Source: Prevotella phage Lak-C1
DNA: 32,000 bases
Reading direction: 5' to 3' (one strand)
Sequence record: MK250029.1
The translations under genes and the position numbers were made by a program. The notes under the pieces are model-generated. The model was not told the DNA's origin, did no database searches, and saw only the letters and a list, made by a program, of their open reading frames with translations. Shown here in pieces: positions 18,178 to 27,977 of this stretch (positions are counted from its first letter, which is position 1; every line of letters starts with the position of its first letter).

Positions 18178-19416
18178 TTATTGTTTATTAATCCATTCTT
18201 TTACTTCATTAATATTCCAAAATTCTATATAATTCAAATTATTCTGCTATGCTATATTCCTTTTTTTCAAATCTAATATAGTCCATGTATAAATAATATT
18301 ATCATATTGTGACTTCTTACCATTTTTATGTGCATTAGAATTATTTGCTTTTTCTTTTAAGTTATTCAGCTCATTTAAATCATATTCATTATTTTCATTA
18401 AATGGATGATAATGATGATAATGAGATCCGTTATATTCAATATATAAATCTAATGATGGTATATAAAAATCACAATTAAATGGATACAATTCTGATTTAT
18501 ATTGTCTAATACAATCTGAATATTTTCCCTTTAATAAATCAAAACATACATCTTCTTGATATGATATATTAAATGAATTATTTAATAATTTTGTATTATA
18601 AATTTTTTCCTATATTTCATTACTACTTAATATAGATGAAATTAAATTTTTATAGTATTGTGTCTACATAGTATTTTCAACACCATACTTTTCTAAACAT
18701 GTATTTTTTATTTTATCTTTTACATATTTAAGTTGACCAATATTTACGATACTATTAATATCATCTTCATTAGAAGCATATTTTTTAATACATGTATCTA
18801 ATGACTAATTTCGAAATTTTTGAACTTTAAATACAGAATCAACACCATACTTTTCTAAACATGCTTTATGAGTTTTTTCTATTTTTTCAGGAATCTAACC
18901 TGTATACTCAACACCATATTTTTGTAAACATGTTTCTTTTGATTTTTGTTTAAATATTTCAGATTTTAAAGGGGATGTTACTCCATATCTTTGTAAACAT
19001 GTTTCTCTTGCTTTAATTCTATTAGAATAATGTTCATCTCCATATTTTAATAAACATGTTTCTCTTATTTTATTATTAATCTATTGCTTTTTATCTACAT
19101 CACTATATATGTCTTTTAATACTTTTTTAACTGTTATACCATCTAACATATTTGCATGTTCTTTACAACATGTTTTATTAAATAATTGATTCTTTTTACC
19201 ATTCAAAAATTTAACAGGTTTTCCACAAATAACACATACAGGGCGAACCTCTATATTATACTGTATTCTCTTAATTGTTTCTCTTAATGACTATGAATCA
19301 GTATAGCGATTATCTAAATATTCCTTATACTCCTCAGAAATATTAGTTAATCGCTATACATTTATATGTCCATTAGATTTAATAAAATAATCTAATATAA
19401 TCTAATCTGTTACCAT
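18178..19416 (-). CDS. Putative free-standing homing endonuclease, 412 aa, heavily TAG-recoded
   Basis: The track shows only 18247..18489. With TAG=Gln: MVTDQIILDYFIKSNGHINVQRLTNISEEYKEYLDNRYTDSQSLRETIKRIQYNIEVRPVCVICGKPVKF... then repeats TCLLKYGDEHY, TCLQRYGVTSP, TCLQKYGVEYT, ACLEKYGVDSV, TCIKKYASNED, TCLEKYGVENT, then IRQYKSELYPFNCDFYIPSLDLYIEYNGSHYHH... to TAA. Confidence 0.75.
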
Positions 19417-19418
19417 AC

Positions 19419-20264
19419 TTAATAATTTTCATTTTTAGGTTGATCAACCTTATCATATGTTCCATATGTATTAAAATATTTCTGGAAATCACATGTCTTT
19501 ACTTTGAAAATAATTCGCTCACCTCTACGTGACTGTAATCCAATAGGTGTACGAAGAACAAGTCCCTCTGCAAGATGCGACTCCTCTGCAACTTTTGAAT
19601 TAAATCCCTTCTTCACAAACTCAATTGCTTCATCTACAGTAAATGTGCCCATAAATGGAACAATATCTACACCAAGTTTATTGAAAATTTCATCTCGATT
19701 TTCACGAAGAAGATACATATCATCTACCTTCACATCAAATCCAATAAATGAATTATCTTTTCTATAGTATCCACCTGATTGAATTCCTGCACCGTAACCT
19801 TCACCATACAATGTATATCTCTTTGGAATTTTTGTTTCATCAAGTTCATATACATTGAATTGTGTATTAAGTACAGACCATGTTTTTTCTTGCATTAGCT
19901 CATCTGTTACATACATTTCCTTAGAAAGACCCAATGCATTCAATACTTTATCTTCTGTCAATTCAGTTGTAAGATATGCATACAACAACTTTGGGATCTG
20001 TGCATTATCAGTCTTTCCCTTATATGTAACATTCCACTTAATACCAATATTATTACCAATGTCTGATGTGATAAATTCACGGGTTACTTCAATTCGAGTA
20101 TTAGTTCCGTCTACCTTCTCCTCTGCATCAAACTTGCAATCCCGCAAATATTCCAACTCAGGTACTGCAAATTCATCATAAGGCATGATTACATTATTTG
20201 CATCTCTCTTAAAGATTGTGTTAATCTTCTGATAAGTATTCTCACTTCTTTTCTGCTTACCCAT
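19419..20264 (-). CDS. ATP-dependent RNA ligase (Rnl2-like / RNA_ligase family)
   Basis: Nucleotidyltransferase motif I EEKVDGTNTRI, TLYGEGYGAGIQ, FIGFDVKVDD, AEGLVLRTP...ERIIFKVKT (motifs IIIa, IV and V). Confidence 0.8.
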   Translation of the reverse strand: MGKQKRSENTYQKINTIFKRDANNVIMPYDEFAVPELEYLRDCKFDAEEKVDGTNTRIEVTREFITSDIGNNIGIKWNVTYKGKTDNAQIPKLLYAYLTTELTEDKVLNALGLSKEMYVTDELMQEKTWSVLNTQFNVYELDETKIPKRYTLYGEGYGAGIQSGGYYRKDNSFIGFDVKVDDMYLLRENRDEIFNKLGVDIVPFMGTFTVDEAIEFVKKGFNSKVAEESHLAEGLVLRTPIGLQSRRGERIIFKVKTCDFQKYFNTYGTYDKVDQPKNENY

Positions 20265-20320
20265 AATTTAATATTTAATATGATTTATAATGTTTATAAC
20301 TTATATTTGATAAAAAGTCT

Positions 20321-20494
20321 TTATACTGTTAATTTTTCAATTTGTTTATCAGCAGATCTCGCAAGAGATTTAAATCTACCGATATAATATTTTATGACTT
20401 TATCAACGTATTCAATGTTTGTTGTTTCTTGATAATCGTTCCAGAAATTATCACATAAATCTTTCGCTTTTTCTGAATAAGTTTTCTTTTTCAT
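20321..20494 (-). CDS. Hypothetical small protein, 57 aa
   Basis: MKKKTYSEKAKDLCDNFWNDYQETTNIEYVDKVIKYYIGRFKSLARSADKQIEKLTV, TAA stop. Confidence 0.5.
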   Translation of the reverse strand: MKKKTYSEKAKDLCDNFWNDYQETTNIEYVDKVIKYYIGRFKSLARSADKQIEKLTV

Positions 20495-20501
20495 TTTTAT
20501 A

Positions 20502-20678
20502 TCATTTTACCTAAAATAATTCATATGGTACAATTTCATTCTCTTTAATTTCAATAGCATCACATGTATGAACATACTCACCATGTTTTTCCATAAGTGA
20601 ACGTGCTTCTACATCATCAATAGCATTCACCAAGAAAAGTCCTCTATCTGTTTTTACTTTATATAATGTAATATCCAT
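20502..20678 (-). CDS. Hypothetical small protein, 58 aa, one TAG codon
   Basis: MDITLYKVKTDRGLFLVNAIDDVEARSLMEKHGEYVHTCDAIEIKENEIVPYELFQVK, TGA stop. Confidence 0.5.
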
Positions 20679-20721
20679 AATTTTATTATTTTAATTTACT
20701 TCAATATTTTATTAACATCAC

Positions 20722-20753
20722 AAAGATACATAAAATATTTGAATGAAAAAAAT
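20722..20753 (-). promoter_or_regulatory. Promoter: T7 tract - 17 nt - TATCTTTG
   Basis: - strand TTTTTTTCATTCAAATATTTTATGTATCTTTGT upstream of the 58-aa gene. Confidence 0.65.
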
Positions 20754-20795
20754 ATTTTCAATAAATATACAAACAATTATTTAGTTTAATTAGAA

Positions 20796-21533
20796 ATGTT
20801 ATTAAATAATCTTGATCAAAATTTTGTTATTGCATTAGATTTCAATTGGTTTTATCCTGATGTTACTGAAAAATGGATGCCAATATTAAATAGAATGTAT
20901 TTACCATACATGACATTAGAAGATTTCTTCAATGCATAGATTGCATCTATAAATTTTCCAGGATTAAATTCAGGTACAGTAATATAGCAAGGAAGAGAAT
21001 ATAAAATTCAGAAAAGACCTGGAAAGCAGGAAGATATGTTATTGGAAAAGACATTAACATTAACTGTTAAAACAGCGGAAAGTTATATAAGTTATTTTGT
21101 AGCAAGACATCAATATGATTTATATTTAAGATTAGGATAGTTAACACCTTTATACCTTCCTAATATATCTGTTTCTTTATTAGATGATGGTGGTTTTGAA
21201 ACAGTTACATACTGTTATCAGCAATTAACACCGACGAGTATAGGTGATTTATCTATGTCATATGCAGCTCGTATGGGTTCGTTTAATACATTTACATGGT
21301 CTTTTGTATATAACTATTATGATGTATATATTAGAAATGGTAATGGTGAAAGAGAATTAATATCTAAAGAATATGATCCTTATAAAGATGGAAATAGTGA
21401 ATTTCTTGATTTGGATGATTCTAAATATTCATCAAAAATACATCCAGGTATTTCATCTAAGGTAAAGATTAATAAATTACAGTCTTTATCGAGAAGAGTT
21501 CCGGGTTAGATAGGAGTGAAACTTAGTAGATAA
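20796..21533 (+). CDS. Putative virion protein, tail-tube-like, 245 aa, TAG-recoded
   Basis: MLLNNLDQNFVIALDFNWFYPDVTEKWMPILNRMYLPYMTLEDFFNAQIASINFPGLNSGTVIQQGREYKIQKRPGKQEDMLLEKTLTLTVKTAESYISYFVAR..., TAA stop. The tail-tube call rests on overall layout only. Confidence 0.65.
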
Positions 21534-21600
21534 ATAATTTTAATAAAATTGTACATTTTTTAAAAATTATTTAAATAAATAGAATATAATAAAATAAATT

Positions 21601-22734
21601 ATGTTACGATCAGTTAAAATAAGATTATATCCAGACAAAGAACAAACAACAATGGTAAACAAGTTGCTTGGCTGTTGTCGTTTTGTTTATAATCAAGTAC
21701 TTACTCGTAAAATAAATCAATATAAAGAATATAATATTTCCGAAAACAGATCTACTCTTAGTTATTGGTTTCATCATGAACTATTAACTAATTCTGAGTT
21801 TGAATGGTTGAAAGAACAAAATACAAAGGTTCTTAAACAATCAATAATGGATATGTTGTCAGCATATAAACATTTCTTTGAACAACATACTGGTTATCCA
21901 AAATTCAAATCAAAACATGATAATAAACAAAGTTGTAGATTTGAAATTGGTGCAATCTCAAAAAGAAATAATTATACAAATTATAAACTTTCACTAGCTA
22001 ATATAAAGAATATTAAATTTAGATGTAACAAGAAATATGCCGAATATTTACAGAAACACCATGACAATATCAGACAAGCAACATTATCTAAATTACCATG
22101 TGGTGAATATTATTTGTCAATATTAGTTGATGGTTCTTTGACTCATAAAGTAAAAGAAACTAATTCTGCAGTAGGTATTGACCTTGGCGTTAAGGATTTT
22201 GTTATCACATCAGAAGGTGAAGTATTCGATAATCTTCATTTTAAGAAAAATGAAACTGATAAGATAAAGAAACTTCAGAAACAATTATCAAAAAAACAAA
22301 AAGGAAGTAACAACAGAAATAAAGTAAGAATTAGACTTGCTAAAGTATATAAAAAAATAAATGATAAAAAACAATACTATTTACATCAAGTTTCCAATTC
22401 ACTGATTAATGAAAACCAAATTATCTGCATGGAGAATTTGAATGTAAAAGGTATGATGAAAAATCATAAACTTGCAGAAAGTATCTTAGAAATGAATTTT
22501 GGAGAGTTCAGAAGAATACTTGAGTATAAAGCAAGATGGTATAATCGAAAGATAGTATTTGTAGATAGATTTTATCCAAGTTCAAAGAAATGTCATAATT
22601 GTGGTTATATTAATAAGATCTTAACTTTAAATGACAGACAATGGATCTGTCCTAATTGTGGTAAACTTATTAATAGAGATTACAATGCGGCATTGAATAT
22701 ACTTGATGAATGCTTAAGGATAATAGAGGACTAA
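21601..22734 (+). mobile_element. tnpB: Solo TnpB (IS200/IS605-family OrfB, RNA-guided nuclease), 377 aa
   Basis: N-terminal MLRSVKIRLYPDKEQTTMVNKLLGCCRFVYNQVL; RuvC motifs GIDLGVKDFVI, ENLNVKGMM, RDYNAALNIL; zinc ribbon CHNCGYINK...CPNCGK. No tnpA nearby. Confidence 0.96.
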
Positions 22735-22856
22735 TAGTTCTTAATTATATAAATCAAATAGGGTGCAGTACACCCGAATTTAAGCTTGTGGAGAACCCAA
22801 CTATGGATGACCGTGATTTACCACCTAAAAAGTAGTGGTTCCATGAAGCAAGAAGT
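22735..22856 (+). ncRNA. Probable omegaRNA scaffold / IS605-type right end downstream of tnpB
   Basis: Structured, GC-richer tail: GGGTG-CAGTA-CACCC hairpin (22761-22775), ACCAC...GTGGT hairpin (22820-22839), then CCATGAAGCAAGAAG (22841-22855), an ending commonly seen at omegaRNA 3' scaffolds. Confidence 0.6.
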
Positions 22857-22930
22857 TAATAATGCAAAAATAATTTATTAATAATATTATGTGTTTAACA
22901 TACTGTGATTGTGTAGTTTATAATACACCT

Positions 22931-23131
22931 ATGAATACAATAGGTGTAGGAGACCCAGTTCCATTTGGTATAAATTCATATGGTTCAGGTGATAGATTTG
23001 ATACGACTCCTGGTAGTAAATCAAAAAATAAAAATAAGAAAATATATTCTAAACCTCCAGTTTAGCATGGATTTAACGGAATTAAGCAAATGCCGTTAAT
23101 TGTTATGAGTAATAAAAATAAAAAGAGATAA
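22931..23131 (+). CDS. Small protein, 66 aa, one TAG codon
   Basis: MNTIGVGDPVPFGINSYGSGDRFDTTPGSKSKNKNKKIYSKPPVQHGFNGIKQMPLIVMSNKNKKR, TAA. Confidence 0.5.
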
Positions 23132-23154
23132 GAATACTGAATTCTTATCTCTTT
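23122..23154. terminator. Bidirectional terminator between convergent genes
   Basis: AAAGAGATAAGAAT-ACTGA-ATTCTTATCTCTTT, perfect 14-bp stem between the + gene ending 23131 and the - gene ending 23161. Confidence 0.9.
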
Positions 23155-23160
23155 CTTTTA

Positions 23161-24639
23161 TTATATATTAAATTTAAAATTATCTATTTTATCTGTTATA
23201 TTTGTTATATTAAAACCATTTTTTTCTAAAAGTTCTTTTGCTGATTGATATACTTTACTGTAATCTTGTTCTACAAAAGTACGTAAACTTGTAAATCTGA
23301 ATTTTAAACTATCAATTTCCTATGCTATTACTTCATGAGAAACATCAGATTTATTTTTTCTATCAATATATTTCTAATATTGTTCTATTACTGAAATTGA
23401 TAAATCTATGCATCGTTGTACTTTTAAATTTAATATTATTAAACAATCTGCAATTGATTTAAATGAAAATACAAGTTGATCATAATGTCCTCCACCGTAT
23501 GGTCTATGTTCTCTAGTAGTAAATAATAAAGATGTATCACTACCATATGTTTGTCTTATCATACTTGCATAAATACCATCACAATTTACTTGATTCCAAT
23601 AACTTACTAGTTTAAATTCATCAAATTTTTTATTTGTTAATATATCATTATCTAAATCCTGTAATTCCATATTAACATCAAAACATATATCCATAAAGTT
23701 ATTAACGTTTTTTATAACTTTTGAATCTAAACTTTCCTGTTTCCTGACTTTTAATATTTGTCTATAACGTTCTATATTTTTCTTGTTTAAATTAGTCTAT
23801 GAAAGTACGAAATCTCTATATTCACGTCGATTATTTAATTTATTTGTTATGTCAATATTATCCATATATTTTGGATCAACAACATAAACTTTTGTTATAG
23901 CTGTTATTTTCTGTAATGACTTTATATTATCAGCACCTAATTCTTTTTTTATATCAGAAGAAGATGTCAAAACATCATATACAGGAATCTTTGTAAATGC
24001 TTTATTTACAAAATCTTCAACTTTCTTTGAATCTGTTGCAAAATAAGTTATATCTGTTTTCTCATTATAATTTTTATTTGGTTCCAACCAAGAATTATAA
24101 GGATTTGCAGATGTAATATACAATATAATTTTATTATCTATTGTTACTGCTCTTAATTGATCTTCATAATCAACCCAGAACTATATACCTGTTTTGTATA
24201 TTTTTTTCTTTGCTTCTTCTGGTGTTATTGTTAATAACTGTGTATCTGTAATATCTGATATACCTAAATTATGATCAGCTTTTGCTTTAAGCATACGATT
24301 AATAATACCAATAATACTATTATCTGTATATGAACCATCCCAATGTTTTGTTTTCTGAATTCTCTTATATGTACATTTAATAACAGACTATCTTCCTTCA
24401 ACTGTATCACACATTTCCTATGTTAATTTACCTTTAGATGCTAGTCTATCATATTTCATAACAACATAAAAAAAATCTGCTCCTTCATTTCGTTTCATAT
24501 ATCCTTCATCTCTACATGGACTTAATGTTAAATTAGATCTGTCAAATTTATGTAGTAAAGATGAAAGTGTTACCGAATTTAATGATTCATTTATATGTTT
24601 TAAATTTTTTGCTATATATAAAACTTCACTTAATAACAT
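23161..24639 (-). CDS. Unknown protein, 492 aa, TAG-recoded
   Basis: Track ORFs 24418..24639, 23797..24123 and 23374..23694 share one frame and are separated only by TAG. The frame continues to TAA at 23161. Confidence 0.82.
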
Positions 24640-24651
24640 AATTTATAAAAA

Positions 24652-24695
24652 TTGAATTATCATTTAATTATTTATTTAACTAAATGATAATTCAA
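24652..24695 (-). terminator. Hairpin terminator downstream of uvsW-like gene
   Basis: TTGAATTATCATTTA - 14 nt - TAAATGATAATTCAA, perfect 15-bp stem. Confidence 0.7.
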
Positions 24696-24710
24696 ACATA
24701 TATATTAATT

Positions 24711-26306
24711 TTATGAAAAATTAACTTTTTGTTCATATACAGGGAAATGTTGTTCCATATATATTTTCTTTCGTTCTTGTCCATGTCTCCAGAGATAATT
24801 ATCTTTATATCGTTTATTAGGATCTGCTGAATATCTTATATCATCGACAAAATCAAATATAACAACTTTATCTTTTCCAGGATACAAACGAATTCCTCTA
24901 CCACATATTTGTCGTACAAGACGTTCTGATTTTGCGGTATCAACTAAAAATATAGACCAAAGATTTTTAATATCAATACCTTCACCAAATGTATTAATAG
25001 ATGCAACTATTACTGTATTACCAGATGTATCTTCTTCCATACATTGCTTATAATAATCTCTTGTTTTATTTGGCGTATTTCCGTCTGTATAATAAACGTC
25101 TTTAGATGAATTATCTTTTATATAATCATATACTTTTTTACCGTATCCATATTTAATATCACCGAATAAAACTAATGCATTTTTCTTTGTATTAATTACC
25201 TGATCACAAATATATTTCAATCTTGTATATGATTCATTAACAGTTTTTCTTTCTATCTTAAGAACTTTGCTTCCTGCTGTTATATCCATTGGATTTTTAT
25301 TTGCTCGATATATATACATTGTTTCTTTAGTCTGCTGATCTGCCCATTTAAGATATTGAATTACTGCATATATAGGTGTTCCTCTTTTCTCTGTATTAAT
25401 CAATTGATCTGCTGTTAATTTATAAACAACTGGACCTACTACAGATTGTATATAAAGATTTTCATACATTGTTTCTTTTGGAAATGTACCTGTTACACCA
25501 ATTGAATATTTTAAATTAGACATATTATATAAAATATTCTTTATTGAAGCTGCATTTCCAAGATGGTGACACTCATCGCATATACACCCACCAAATCTAT
25601 CAAAGAATTCTTTTTTACGCTTACATAAACTTTGGAAAGTTCCAAATAATATATTGCATGATTCTACTTTAGCTTTCTGTTTCTTTGTTAAACCAGAACG
25701 AAGAATACCAATTTCCCAATTATGATTATGTTTCTTTAAATAAGATTCATAACGTTCATACTGAACTGCTGATTGATTTGCCAAATCAACAGATGGTACA
25801 ATATATAGAATATTATCTATACCCTGTGTATCAATAAGATATTTGAATATCATGAATGATATTAAAGTCTTTCCACCTGATGTTGAAATCTCACCACAAC
25901 ATTTTTTATATTTCAATAATGTATACGCTGCCTTTACTTGATAATCATATGGTTTAAATTCTTTTCCTTCTTCATTTTCTGCACCTTCAAAAATATCATC
26001 TATATAACTCTTAAACTCTTCAAACTTTAATGTAAACTAATTTAAAAAATTCTGTGCAGCTGGAGTCATTTCCATTGCTATATTGAACTTTTTAGCAACC
26101 TTAATAATTTCCAACCACAAATTAGTAGAGATCATATTATACTTATTCATAAATTCTCTATCTGTAATTTGTATGTCGGTAATCTTCTTTAACATCCATG
26201 CATTAGGTATTTCTCTTGTAAAAGCTCTACGTATAACATTCAATTCAAATATATAATCTGAACTAATAACAAAATAATTGTTATCAAATGTTATATCAAC
26301 TTTCAT
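24711..26306 (-). CDS. uvsW: UvsW-like SF2 DNA/RNA helicase, 531 aa
   Basis: Track ORFs 26037..26306 and 24711..25916 are one frame with a single TAG at 26037-26039. Walker A GEISTSGGKTLISF, motif II CDECHHLG, motif VI RQICGRGIRLYPGK. Confidence 0.85.
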
Positions 26307-26979
26307 TTACTTATATGTTATATTTTTACTACTTATTAATATTTATATAGCATATTTATATAATAGTCTTATTTAAAAGTCTATTATTTTTAATAAAATT
26401 AAGTAAAAATTATGTTAAAAATAAATTAAAATAATATAGACTTTTTTCACAAAAGTAAGTAAAATAATTACTGGTAATTTGAGAATAATAGAATATATAG
26501 ATTTTTGATTAGTGAAATTTTGATTAGTAATATATTTAATTATTTAGAATTTGTATAAATTAACATATAAATAATATTGATTATCAATCAGTTATAAATT
26601 ATTTTTAGAAATCATTAAAAATATTTAGAAAAAATGTAGACTTTTTCTCAAAACTCAAGTATAATAAATATGTTAGTATTTAAGGTTGAGATAGATATTA
26701 TATATAATATGTAAAAAATTTAAGTATATTTTTTAATAATTTAATGAATTTAATAAGGTAAATCTTTCGGAAATGTAAATATATTTTGAATATGGTATAG
26801 AAATAATCTTTTATTTTTATATCATATTTTTATTTTATAGTATTTAAAACATTATTAATAATTATTAGTAAAATATATGATATAGATTTATTTTTACTTA
26901 TTATAATTACTTTAATTTAATATGTTATATTTTTACTAAATAAATAAGTAAATGAAAATCTTTATTTGATAAAAAAGAT
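26307..26979. promoter_or_regulatory. Divergent intergenic control region (~670 bp) between early-like - genes and late-like + genes
   Basis: No convincing ORF. Contains a 33-nt direct repeat (26437-26469, 26637-26669), a hairpin at 26361-26386 and a TATAAATA at 26566-26573. Confidence 0.55.
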
Positions 26980-27957
26980 ATGAGTAATAGTTTAAAGTTA
27001 AATGATATATCTATTCGAACAATGATCGGATAGCTTCCAAAAATTATTAATGATAATAATACAAAGATTTGTGATTATATTGATAATATATATGATCCAT
27101 CAAGTGAATGTATAACTAAAAATATTGATAATGTATCAGATAATAAATCATATGTTAAATCTAATTTAGGTTAGTTTAATAGTATTTTTGTTGGAGATTT
27201 CAATCTTTATAATATAAAAAGTTTAGAACAAGTTATTAGAGGTGGTTCTAATCGTGAAGGTATAAATCATGATGCATTAAATGGTCGTTATCTTTATAAT
27301 GATAATAATAGTAAAGAACTGAAAATAATTCCATATGATAAAATATCTAATGAAATGAAAGTTTATGCACATAATTCTGGTGCTATAGGTGTTACATTAG
27401 GAAATGGTACTGTTTAGTCATTAGCATATACATTAGAATAGATTATTAATAGTGTTGATAAATTAAAGGAACAATTTAGTAAAAGTTATTCAGAAGATGA
27501 AGGATATATTGGATTATATGGTGCAAGTAATAACACAAATAATCAGTCAGTAAATAATTCAAATTCATTCACTTTTGATTAGAGTTTATTATTTGCTACT
27601 AAATTATAGTTAAAAAGAATGAATTTACCATAGTATCAATATAATGATATTACTCAGGGTTTTATTTATACATATTATGATTATGCAAATACTGTTACTA
27701 TAAATGATGAGAATACTTCATCTATAAAAGGAATTCCTGGTTCTATTGTTAAATTAAGATTTAATGATACTAAATCAAAAGGTTTTTATAGAGTTATATT
27801 ATCAAGAGAAGAAAAGAAATTTTTACGAATATCAAAAGATGAATTAAATAGAATTACATTAAAGTGTATTAGTAATGATGAACAATTTGGAGCATCATGG
27901 GATGTATTGGATTATTCTGTTCGTTCTGCTGATGATATTATGATTGAAAGAAAATAA
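26980..27957 (+). CDS. Putative structural protein, 325 aa, TAG-recoded
   Basis: MSNSLKLNDISIRTMIGQLPKIINDNNTKICDYIDNIYDPS...DILDYSVRSADDIMIERK-like frame open with TAG sense to TAA at 27955. Missed by the track. Confidence 0.75.
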
Positions 27958-27977
27958 AATTATTAGTTTAAGAAATT

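Noticed and set aside
21534-22930. Possibility that TnpB sits inside a group I intron (an IStron)
   Set aside because: I found no P/Q/R/S core elements on either side of tnpB, and the upstream gene ends in its own TAA at 21531 rather than being split.
24711-25916. Treating 24711..25916 and 26037..26306 as two separate genes
   Set aside because: Same frame, separated only by a TAG that reads as Gln; together they make one UvsW-like helicase.
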